DNA from: Candidatus Margulisiibacteriota bacterium
GTDB lineage: Bacteria > Margulisbacteria > WOR-1 > O2-12-FULL-45-9
NCBI GenBank assembly: GCA_043816785.1
Contig: JBDRHP010000035.1
Span: forward strand, 1-14,029
Length of the DNA stretch: 14,029 nt
Direction of reading: 5' to 3'
Shown piece after piece: positions 1 to 7,060 of the stretch (position 1 is the stretch's first letter; every line of letters begins with the position of its first letter). The translations under genes and the position numbers were made by a program. The notes under the pieces were generated by a model. It searched no databases, had not been told where the DNA came from, and saw only the letters and a program-made list of their open reading frames with translations.

Positions 1-522
1 TTATTTAAAAAGAAGTTTGGCAAGCGAGGGGCAATAATTACTGCGGTTCATCTTCTTAAAGGGATTGGGAAAATCTTGGGACTTGAGGTTGTTAATGTTC
101 CGGGTGCGACTGGGTATCTTGATACTAATTATAAGGGCAAGGCCCAATACGCCTTGCGGGCCTTAAAAAAGAATGATATTGCTTTTGTCCATGTGGAAGC
201 GCCGGATGAGGCTGGACACGAGGGCGATGTGCGCAAAAAGATTAAGGCAATTGAGGATTTTGATAAGTATGTGGCGGGGAAGGTATTGTCAGAAATTAGA
301 AATTTGAAATTAGATATTAGAATATTAGTTCTTCCCGATCATCCCACGCCGATCAAGCTCATGACCCATACTGCCAATGAAGTGCCTTTTGTTATTTATC
401 AGAATGGGGAACCAGGGGTAGGGGGTAGGGTTCAGGGCTATAATGAAAAAGAAATAAGGAAATCAAAGATTAGGATCAAAGACGGCTACAAATTATTAAA
501 TTTATTATTGGCTAACAACTAA
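1..522 (+). CDS. apgM: Cofactor-independent phosphoglycerate mutase, ApgM/archaeal type (5' truncated by the window)
   Basis: Frame is open from base 1 (LFKKKFGKRGAIITAVHLLKGIG...). Motifs VPGATGYLDTNY, FVHVEAPDEAGHEG, KIKAIE and DHPTP...TH are typical of the ApgM metalloenzyme C-terminus. Confidence 0.9.
   Translation, partial: LFKKKFGKRGAIITAVHLLKGIGKILGLEVVNVPGATGYLDTNYKGKAQYALRALKKNDIAFVHVEAPDEAGHEGDVRKKIKAIEDFDKYVAGKVLSEIRNLKLDIRILVLPDHPTPIKLMTHTANEVPFVIYQNGEPGVGGRVQGYNEKEIRKSKIRIKDGYKLLNLLLANN
291..318 (+). repeat. Intragenic 7-bp tandem repeat, 4 degenerate copies
   Basis: AGAAATT AGAAATT TGAAATT AGATATT inside apgM, encoding EIRNLKLDI. Confidence 0.65.
405..438 (+). repeat. Intragenic G-rich ~7-bp periodic tract
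   Basis: TGGGGAA CCAGGGG TAGGGGG TAGGGTT CAGGGC in apgM, encoding the Gly-rich stretch GEPGVGGRVQG. Confidence 0.55.
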
Positions 523-560
523 CTGCCTGGCAGCTTGCCCTTAAATTCTCCAGCCCCAAC

Positions 561-588
561 TGAAATTCTTAAACTTCTTGAGCGATAT
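561..588 (+). promoter_or_regulatory. Sigma28-like promoter motif, copy 1 (TGAAATT-N15-CGATA)
   Basis: TGAAATT at 561-567, CGATA at 583-587 (-10 octamer AGCGATAT). Followed by GGAGG at 595-599 and ATG at 611. Confidence 0.75.
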
Positions 589-610
589 CCTATCGGAGGC
601 CCTATATTTT

Positions 611-2485
611 ATGCCAGTGCGTTTTCCCTATTCAAATAGATATCGACCAAATACGCCCGTTACCCGCAGGATGGAGCGGCGGGCTTTTGTTGCCCAGGCT
701 AAAGTTAGAAGTCAAATAATGAAGCTGCAGACCAAAATGAAGCTGATGACACAATTTAAGGCGGTTGAGCAGGATATCCGCAACAAGCTTTCTCTGGCCA
801 AGACTATTGCCGAGGTTCTGCAGACCTCACGTCAGTTTATGGAGGGATTAGGCATTGGTGGGGTGGCGATATACCGTTATAGTAATGAGTCACAAAATAT
901 GTGGGCCATGGAGCGCGAGGCCCTGCGTGGCGTTACCCGCTACGAAACGCCCACTCCGCTGCTCCAGGGCGAGAAACGCTATTTTATCGAAACTGCTCAC
1001 AAAAGAAACTACCCTGAGAATCCAACCGATATTTTGCTTGTAGATCGGCTGAGGGATTTTGTGAAAATGAGCCCTGAAGATCGCCGACAGGCAGAAGAAG
1101 ATTTTGAATCTGACCTCCGACGCTATTTTGGTCAAGACTATGCTCAGGTTTATGCCGGCCGGATCGAGACGCTACAAGTTGCCTTAAGATTTAACCTTTA
1201 TGTTCGCTATCCAGGGGTTGGGGCTTACGATATGATAATCTTAGCCAATAACCACGTTGAAAACGCCGCTCGCATAAAAAAGCATATTCCGCCAGTGCTG
1301 CTTTTCCCGGACGCCAGGCGTCAGCCGTTTGTTTACGAAGCTTTGCGCAGCCTGCAAAGGCCGATCACTGAAGAACTTCACAAAGCAGAAGATGTCCGGC
1401 TAAATAGAAAGCGCATTGCCAAAGACGCAGCTATTGACGCGCTGCAGCTGGCCTTGAACGCTACGGACAACCTTTCGGAAATGTTTGAGATCGCCTTGGA
1501 CAGTCTTCCTGGTGTTTACATGCGCAATGGTGGCTCATATGTTGAACGATCTTCCATCATGCTTTTTGAAGAAAGCGTTGGAGCCTTATCGGTTATAGAG
1601 CATCGCGGCTTAAAAGAAGTAATCGCAAAAATGGTTAGCAAAGCTGGCGCCGGCATTGCCGGACATGTTTTTGAGGTGAATGTCCCTCTCTTAGTTATGG
1701 ATGCGGAAACAGATGAGGTTTTTAATACTTTGCCGCAGAAAAGGAATGCTAAAAGAGGCTCTTTTATGTGTGTGCCAATCGGCTTTAAAGGAAAGAGATA
1801 TGGCGTTCTAAATGTCAGGTCGTCTTACGTAAAGGCTTTTACAGATGCAGACTTAAGGCACTTGCAGCGCATTGCTGGAATCTTAGCCTATAAAATGCAC
1901 GAGGTGAATTTAGTAAGGCAGCTGGAACGCGCGGCAAATTATGATGGCCTGACAGGCCTGCCGCGACGGGAATATGCAATTAGCAGGATTGAAGATATGC
2001 TGCAAAGGGCTGAGGAAGCGCGAATGCAACTTGCTTTTATTATGTTGGATCTGGACTGTTTTAAGCGGGTGAATGACCGTTACGGCCATAAAGCCGGCGA
2101 TACTGTTTTGCGGGGAACCGCGGGCATTATCTCAGCTTGGCTTGGAAAACATCAAGCTGAATTTGAAGATTCCGTAGGCGGCCGTTGGGGTGGGGAAGAA
2201 TGGGTGATCGGAGCCTTAGGCCTTAACGAAGAAAGGGCATCTGCCTTGGTTGAAGACTTGCGCCGGGGGTTTGAAGCGAGGCCTTATACTGGACCAGACT
2301 TCTGGGGTGAAAATTTAACTGTTACTGTCAGCATTGGCGTTGCAATTTTCCCATTTCACGGCCGCAACATTGATGCCCTTTCTATTAATGCGGATCGGGC
2401 CCTTTACGGCGCAAAGCATGAAGGACGAAATCGAGTCAACCTTTACGATCCCAGCAAGGTATACAGCCGCCCAAACGGCGATTAA
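611..2485 (+). CDS. GAF-GGDEF diguanylate cyclase with a long N-terminal region
   Basis: GAF domain (SSIML...GAGIAGHV...SFMCVPI...YGVLNV...FTDADL) followed by GGDEF domain (YDGLTGL, DLDCFKRVNDRYGHKAGD, RWGGEEW, VTVSIGVA, ADRALYGAKHEGRN). Start moved from TTG 578 to ATG 611 because of the GGAGG SD and the promoter position. Confidence 0.9.
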   Translation: MPVRFPYSNRYRPNTPVTRRMERRAFVAQAKVRSQIMKLQTKMKLMTQFKAVEQDIRNKLSLAKTIAEVLQTSRQFMEGLGIGGVAIYRYSNESQNMWAMEREALRGVTRYETPTPLLQGEKRYFIETAHKRNYPENPTDILLVDRLRDFVKMSPEDRRQAEEDFESDLRRYFGQDYAQVYAGRIETLQVALRFNLYVRYPGVGAYDMIILANNHVENAARIKKHIPPVLLFPDARRQPFVYEALRSLQRPITEELHKAEDVRLNRKRIAKDAAIDALQLALNATDNLSEMFEIALDSLPGVYMRNGGSYVERSSIMLFEESVGALSVIEHRGLKEVIAKMVSKAGAGIAGHVFEVNVPLLVMDAETDEVFNTLPQKRNAKRGSFMCVPIGFKGKRYGVLNVRSSYVKAFTDADLRHLQRIAGILAYKMHEVNLVRQLERAANYDGLTGLPRREYAISRIEDMLQRAEEARMQLAFIMLDLDCFKRVNDRYGHKAGDTVLRGTAGIISAWLGKHQAEFEDSVGGRWGGEEWVIGALGLNEERASALVEDLRRGFEARPYTGPDFWGENLTVTVSIGVAIFPFHGRNIDALSINADRALYGAKHEGRNRVNLYDPSKVYSRPNGD

Positions 2486-2494
2486 CGCTAAGTT

Positions 2495-2502
2495 GTCGAT
2501 AA
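2495..2502 (+). promoter_or_regulatory. Isolated sigma28-like -10 element (GTCGATAA)
   Basis: Lies in the short gap before the degenerate GGDEF gene. TTGTCGATA is shared with motif copy 4, but there is no TGAAATT at the expected spacing. Confidence 0.4.
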
Positions 2503-2527
2503 ATTATTAAGAATGGTAGGTGAGAAA

Positions 2528-3289
2528 ATGGCAGATAAAGGGCTTTCCCCGATTAGAAGCCCAATTCCTCCACAGTTATCTTTAGTGCGAAGGGGCGGAG
2601 CGCGGACGCAATTACTGATGGCGGAGAACGCTATATTGAGGCAACGAATTGCCAGGCTAGAAGGGAGACTCGGGCCGTTCGCAAACTTTTACCGGCTTGG
2701 ACACGGCAAAGAAATCTTAAGAGCCATGGTGGAAAAGGTAAAGGCTCCGTCGGAAGAAACACAATTAGTAGTTATGCATTGTGATCTCTATGATAAGAAT
2801 AGCCCCATCGGAAGGTTTAAACATTTAAATGAAGAGTTTGGCCGGGAGAATGTTGATGTGTTTTTGGGAACTCTGGCAAAAAGGATTCAAGAATGGGCCC
2901 AGGATTCAAGCAGCGGTTTTATCCAGAGTGTTGTTTTTCATCTGGAAGGGGTAAAATTTGTGGTTGCTTTTTTAACAAAGTCTGAGACTGATGCCGCAGA
3001 ATATGCCGGAAAGTTGCAGACAACGATCCAGAAACTAAAATATTATTTACCCGTAGGGAGCCAAGGGATGATTGACCTCGAAGTTTACCTGGCTAAACCC
3101 GGAGATAATGTCTATGATGGCGAGGATATATTGTCAGTTGGCGTTGCCATAGGGCTTACTACTCTTAGAGACTCTTCTGCGGAAGGTCCGGAGGCAGTTC
3201 TTGATGCAGCAGAAAGAAGCTGCAATGAACTTAAAAGCAACCTTTTCAAAAGGGCCAAAGCTATACTTGAGAAAGGGCGCATTCTCTAA
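2528..3289 (+). CDS. Degenerate GGDEF-domain protein
   Basis: GGDEF-fold landmarks in order: VVMHCDL...FKHLNEEFGRENVDVFL, FHLEGVKFVV in place of RxGGDEF, SVGVAIG, LDAAERSCNELK. Start is 2528 (AGGTGAG upstream) or 2513. Confidence 0.75.
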   Translation: MADKGLSPIRSPIPPQLSLVRRGGARTQLLMAENAILRQRIARLEGRLGPFANFYRLGHGKEILRAMVEKVKAPSEETQLVVMHCDLYDKNSPIGRFKHLNEEFGRENVDVFLGTLAKRIQEWAQDSSSGFIQSVVFHLEGVKFVVAFLTKSETDAAEYAGKLQTTIQKLKYYLPVGSQGMIDLEVYLAKPGDNVYDGEDILSVGVAIGLTTLRDSSAEGPEAVLDAAERSCNELKSNLFKRAKAILEKGRIL

Positions 3290-3336
3290 ACCCCCTAATT
3301 AAAACCCAAAATTATTTCACATAATATGAATTTTAG

Positions 3337-3365
3337 TTGAATTTGCGAAATAATTAGCCTAAGAT
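3337..3365 (+). promoter_or_regulatory. Sigma70-like promoter for tyrA
   Basis: TTGAAT-N17-TAAGAT, ending 7 nt before the ATG at 3373. Confidence 0.5.
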
Positions 3366-3372
3366 ATGAGGC

Positions 3373-4230
3373 ATGAATATCGCGATTATCGGTTTAGGTT
3401 TGATCGGCGGCTCGATCGGGCTGGGGCTAAAAGGGAATAGGGGTCAGGGGTTAGGGGTTAGAGTAGTTGGCGTCCCACGTCGTGAGGAAACCATTCAAGA
3501 AGCCATCAACCGTGGCGCGATTGATTCCGGCACCACTGATCCTAAAAAAGGCGTAGCTGACGCTGATGTTGTTTTTCTTTGCACCCCCATTAACTTAATT
3601 CTCCCCGTGCTTAAGGAAATTGCTCCTGTTTTGAAAAAGGGAGCCATTGTTACTGATGTTGGCAGCACAAAATACGAAATTGTCAGTCAGGCGGAAAAGA
3701 TCATGTCCAAAGGCGCCTTTTTTGTTGGCGGACATCCCATGGCTGGCAAGGAACAAGTCAAACTTGAAGCCTCAGCGGCTGATCTTTTTCAAGATAAAGC
3801 ATGGATCTTAACTTTAACCTCGAAGACCAGCAAGAAAGCCTTGGAAAAAGTGGAAGAAATCGTTAGGTTGTTGGGTGGCATGGCTGTTAGGATGGATCCA
3901 AAAACACATGATCTGGCAGTGGCTGGCATAAGCCATACGCCGCTGGCTGTGGCAGCTGCTTTGGCTAATGCTGTTGAAGGATCTAAGAAAGCAAAGGAAG
4001 AGATGAAATTATGTGTGGCTTCCGGCTTTCGCGATACAACCAGAATCGCCTCGGGCGATCCCATCCTGGGGGTTGATATGTTTACCACGAACAAGAAAGC
4101 GGTCCTGCAAACACTTTCTGCATTTAAAAAGGCTCTATCTCACTTGGAAAAGCTGATCAAAGAAGGCGATGCCGACGAGATCGAAAAAGAGCTGGAGCGA
4201 GCCAAGAATTTTAGAGACCTGCTTTTTTAG
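3373..4230 (+). CDS. tyrA: Prephenate/arogenate dehydrogenase
   Basis: IIGLGLIGGS Rossmann motif, TDVGSTK, FVGGHPMAG, HD...A.ISHTP and SGFRDTTRIA. Confidence 0.95.
   Translation: MNIAIIGLGLIGGSIGLGLKGNRGQGLGVRVVGVPRREETIQEAINRGAIDSGTTDPKKGVADADVVFLCTPINLILPVLKEIAPVLKKGAIVTDVGSTKYEIVSQAEKIMSKGAFFVGGHPMAGKEQVKLEASAADLFQDKAWILTLTSKTSKKALEKVEEIVRLLGGMAVRMDPKTHDLAVAGISHTPLAVAAALANAVEGSKKAKEEMKLCVASGFRDTTRIASGDPILGVDMFTTNKKAVLQTLSAFKKALSHLEKLIKEGDADEIEKELERAKNFRDLLF
3432..3459 (+). repeat. Intragenic G-rich 7-bp tandem repeat, 4 copies
   Basis: AGGGAAT AGGGGTC AGGGGTT AGGGGTT inside tyrA, encoding GNRGQGLGV. Confidence 0.7.
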
Positions 4231-4233
4231 TCC

Positions 4234-5196
4234 TCAAGCCTGCAGTTTTTGGTGCACTTGGGACCGCCAGCCATAGCCCTGGTTATCACCTGTAGCAGCC
4301 GGATTGAGCGCTAGCTCAGCCAATTCTTCAGATGGGACCCTGATTAAGCCTGTAGTCATGTTTTCAAGGGAAGGGTTTGTCCCAAAACTACTCGTCTCAT
4401 CTGTTACAATAAAGCCGCCGTCCCTAATGGAGGCAATTATTGTGAACAGAAAATCTTTGCGTTTCAACGGGACACCCAAGGCCGCTCGCTCATAATAAAT
4501 ATCAATGCCTGCTGAAAGAACCTGACACAATGGTTCTGGATAATCTTCCGGTTTTGTCATGTCTGCTTTAATATAAGTAATTGAATAGGTTTTTGCCTGT
4601 TGACTGCCATACGCCCAGTCAAAACTTATGGTTACCCTACCGTCAGGATTCTCCGCAAAATTAATGTTTTGGCTGCCGTCCGGCCGATATCTTTCGACCC
4701 CCAGACATTTTAGTTCGGTGATTATTTTGGGCTCAATATAATCCATACCTAAGGAGAGCGCGCGAGCGTAACCCCGTCTAAATTTATAAGGCGCATAATC
4801 TTCCGAAGTTTCTGGCCGGTCCCATTCCTGGGTAAGGATCCTCTGAAGTTCGCTGACTCTTGGGGAAGCCAGGTCAACAAAGTAGGCTACAGTAGCGTCT
4901 GTCGAGAGCAGGAAATTAGATATATCGGCTCCAGCACAACTATATAATCCTGTTTTATCTCTATGACGTGGATTAATAATTCTCCTGATAGCATTATCAT
5001 AAGCCACAAATTCGCGTCCTAGCAGGCCGTTAGTTGTGGCTCGATAGTCTAGGTCCTGAGCGAGCTTAAATGGCTGGATTGGCAGGATGATCGGCAATCT
5101 GCTGAAAACGCCAAGTTGGGAACTTCTCCTAAAAGAGGGAGGCCTTGTGTCACTGCGAATCTGAGGTGCTTTTGGCAAAACTCGAGCGGTTTTCAT
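4234..5196 (-). CDS. Hypothetical protein, probable class I SAM-dependent methyltransferase-like fold
   Basis: 320-aa ORF with AGGAG SD. Contains GLYSCAGAD (motif I-like), YFVD, YIKADMT, IDIYYERAA and SIRDGGFIVTD in Rossmann methyltransferase order. The fold is inferred by eye. Confidence 0.6.
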   Translation of the reverse strand: MKTARVLPKAPQIRSDTRPPSFRRSSQLGVFSRLPIILPIQPFKLAQDLDYRATTNGLLGREFVAYDNAIRRIINPRHRDKTGLYSCAGADISNFLLSTDATVAYFVDLASPRVSELQRILTQEWDRPETSEDYAPYKFRRGYARALSLGMDYIEPKIITELKCLGVERYRPDGSQNINFAENPDGRVTISFDWAYGSQQAKTYSITYIKADMTKPEDYPEPLCQVLSAGIDIYYERAALGVPLKRKDFLFTIIASIRDGGFIVTDETSSFGTNPSLENMTTGLIRVPSEELAELALNPAATGDNQGYGWRSQVHQKLQA

Positions 5197-5238
5197 TATC
5201 GTTGCTCCTATTTAATCGGGCAATCTTCCTCTTAATAT

Positions 5239-5266
5239 ATATCGTTAATTTTTACTCTTAATTTCA
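5239..5266 (-). promoter_or_regulatory. Sigma28-like promoter motif, copy 2
   Basis: Minus strand reads TGAAATT-aagagtaaaaattaa-CGATA (15-nt spacer) and points at the 4234..5196 gene. Confidence 0.75.
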
Positions 5267-5268
5267 CT

Positions 5269-5296
5269 TTGAGGCGCATAGAAAATCTGATATACT
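5269..5296 (+). promoter_or_regulatory. Sigma70-like extended -10 promoter for aroA
   Basis: TGaTATACT at 5288-5296, with TTGAGG 16 nt upstream of the hexamer. Confidence 0.5.
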
Positions 5297-5327
5297 TGGT
5301 AAAAATTCGAGGCAATAGGCTGTTTTT

Positions 5328-6617
5328 ATGACAAATTTAATTGTTAAGCCCAGTAAAGGAATCAAAGGCGAAATCCATATCCCTGGCGACAAATCTATTT
5401 CCCACCGGGCCATCATGATCGGGTCTTTGGCAAAAGGGGAAACGATTATTAATGGATTCTTGCCGAGTGCTGATTGTCTGGCTACAGTCGAATGTTTTCG
5501 GAAACTGGGAATAGATATTCAAATGACGAATGGATGTAAAATTATTATAGATGGAAAGGGATTAAAAGGCCTTAGGCAAACGAAGGAGCTTCTTGATGTG
5601 GGCAATTCCGGCACAACGATCCGATTGATTTCTGGAATATTGGCTGGACAGCCATTTCTGACCAAGATCACTGGCGATGAGTCGATCCAAAAAAGACCCA
5701 TGATGCGGATTGTTAGGCCTTTGAGAGAGATGGGAGCCGGCATAGTTGGTCATGTTAAGAAAGATAATATTTACGCGCCGCTGGAGATTGACGGTGGAAA
5801 TCTAACACCAATTGAATATGAATTGCCTGTAGCCTCGGCCCAGGTTAAATCAGCGGTTCTCTTGGCAGGGCTGTTTGCTAAAGGCGAGACCTCAGTTATT
5901 GAAAAGAATAAAGCCAGGAATCATACGGAAAGGATGTTGTCTCACTTTGGAGCGGATATTAGGGTTCAGGGCATGAAGGTTGGGGTAAGAGGGATGAGGG
6001 AGTTTCGGGCGGCTGAGGTTGATGTCCCGGGAGATATTTCTTCTGCCGCATTTTTTATTGTTGCGGCAGCGATTGTGCCTGACTCAGAGTTGTTGATCAA
6101 AAATGTCGGGGTTAACCCCACCCGCACTGGTATTATTGATGTGCTGCACCGTATGGGAGCAGATATCCAGGTTATGAACGAACAGTTGATCGCGGAGGAA
6201 CCCCGGGCAGACATTCTGGTAAAAAGTTCCAAGCTCAAAGGAATTAAAATTGATGGCTCGATCGTTCCCCGGATTATTGATGAGATCCCAATCATTGCAG
6301 TAGCGGCCACACAGGCAGAAGGCACAACCGAGATAAGGGGCGCGCGCGAACTGCGCATTAAAGAAAGCGACCGGCTGGCAACTATTTCGATGGAACTTAA
6401 GAAAATGGGCGCCAATATTAAAGAGTTAGATGATGGCTTGATCATTAAGGGGCCAACGGCTTTCAAAGCCGCTACAGTCGATAGTTGTGGCGATCACCGG
6501 ATTGCCATGTCCGCGGCCATCGCCGGCTTGGCGGCTTCTGGCGAGACAACCATCGAAAACACCGACTGCATTGAAACCTCTTTTCCTGGTTTTGGCAAGC
6601 TCCTAGCAAGCATATGA
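5328..6617 (+). CDS. aroA: 3-phosphoshikimate 1-carboxyvinyltransferase (EPSP synthase)
   Basis: PGDKSISHRA, GNSGTT.RL, RPM, ASAQVKSA, PGDISSAAF, IDEIP, ELRIKESDRL and DHRIAM. Confidence 0.97.
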   Translation: MTNLIVKPSKGIKGEIHIPGDKSISHRAIMIGSLAKGETIINGFLPSADCLATVECFRKLGIDIQMTNGCKIIIDGKGLKGLRQTKELLDVGNSGTTIRLISGILAGQPFLTKITGDESIQKRPMMRIVRPLREMGAGIVGHVKKDNIYAPLEIDGGNLTPIEYELPVASAQVKSAVLLAGLFAKGETSVIEKNKARNHTERMLSHFGADIRVQGMKVGVRGMREFRAAEVDVPGDISSAAFFIVAAAIVPDSELLIKNVGVNPTRTGIIDVLHRMGADIQVMNEQLIAEEPRADILVKSSKLKGIKIDGSIVPRIIDEIPIIAVAATQAEGTTEIRGARELRIKESDRLATISMELKKMGANIKELDDGLIIKGPTAFKAATVDSCGDHRIAMSAAIAGLAASGETTIENTDCIETSFPGFGKLLASI

Positions 6618-7003
6618 AGCAAGAGTTTCAATATCGGGTAATTTACAAAGATACTGATGCGGAGGGCGTGGTTTATTATGCTAACTATCTCGGTCTTTTT
6701 GAACGGGGCAGGACAGAGCTTTTAGAACAACTAGGGATCGATCTTAAACAGATAAAAGAACAGAAAAGAATTGTTTTTGCGATTGCTAAAGTTGAGTGTG
6801 ATTATAAATCTCCGGCGAAACTGTATGATGAAATAACAGTCACAACCAAGATCGAATCCCAAAGTGCGGTGCGGATAGTTTTTATTCAGGAAGTTTTACG
6901 CGGGAAAGAAATTCTTGTTTTAGCCAGAATTACCGCCTGCGCCATCGGTTTGCATGATTTTAAGCCGACTAGGTTGCCTGCTGATATACGCTTCGATCAA
7001 TAA
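6614..7003 (+). CDS. YbgC/FadM-family acyl-CoA thioesterase (hotdog fold)
   Basis: RVIYKDTDAEGVVYYANYL..FERGRTE and DYKSPAKLYD. ATGA overlap with the aroA stop. Confidence 0.9.
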   Translation: MKQEFQYRVIYKDTDAEGVVYYANYLGLFERGRTELLEQLGIDLKQIKEQKRIVFAIAKVECDYKSPAKLYDEITVTTKIESQSAVRIVFIQEVLRGKEILVLARITACAIGLHDFKPTRLPADIRFDQ

Positions 7004-7023
7004 ACCTGATTCCGCTTCTGCAG

Positions 7024-7051
7024 TGAAATTTGATGATTAAACCGCCGATAA
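7024..7051 (+). promoter_or_regulatory. Sigma28-like promoter motif, copy 3
   Basis: TGAAATT at 7024-7030, 15-nt spacer, CGATA at 7046-7050. The octamer GCCGATAA (7044-7051) is the exact FliA/SigD -10 consensus. Confidence 0.8.
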
Positions 7052-7060
7052 AAATTACGT

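Noticed and set aside
305..311. Other TGAAATT occurrences (305 in apgM, about 4004 in tyrA) as motif copies
   Set aside because: Intragenic, with no CGATA at the 15-nt spacing.
523..533. CTGCC-T-GGCAG palindrome after apgM
   Set aside because: 5-bp arms with a 1-nt centre and no U-tract; compatible with chance.
578..610. TTG start at 578 for the cyclase
   Set aside because: It lies inside the promoter motif and has no SD. ATG 611 has GGAGG upstream.
3432..3459. TTAGGGG units as telomeric or eukaryotic contamination
   Set aside because: They are in-frame within an intact bacterial tyrA and only four degenerate units long.
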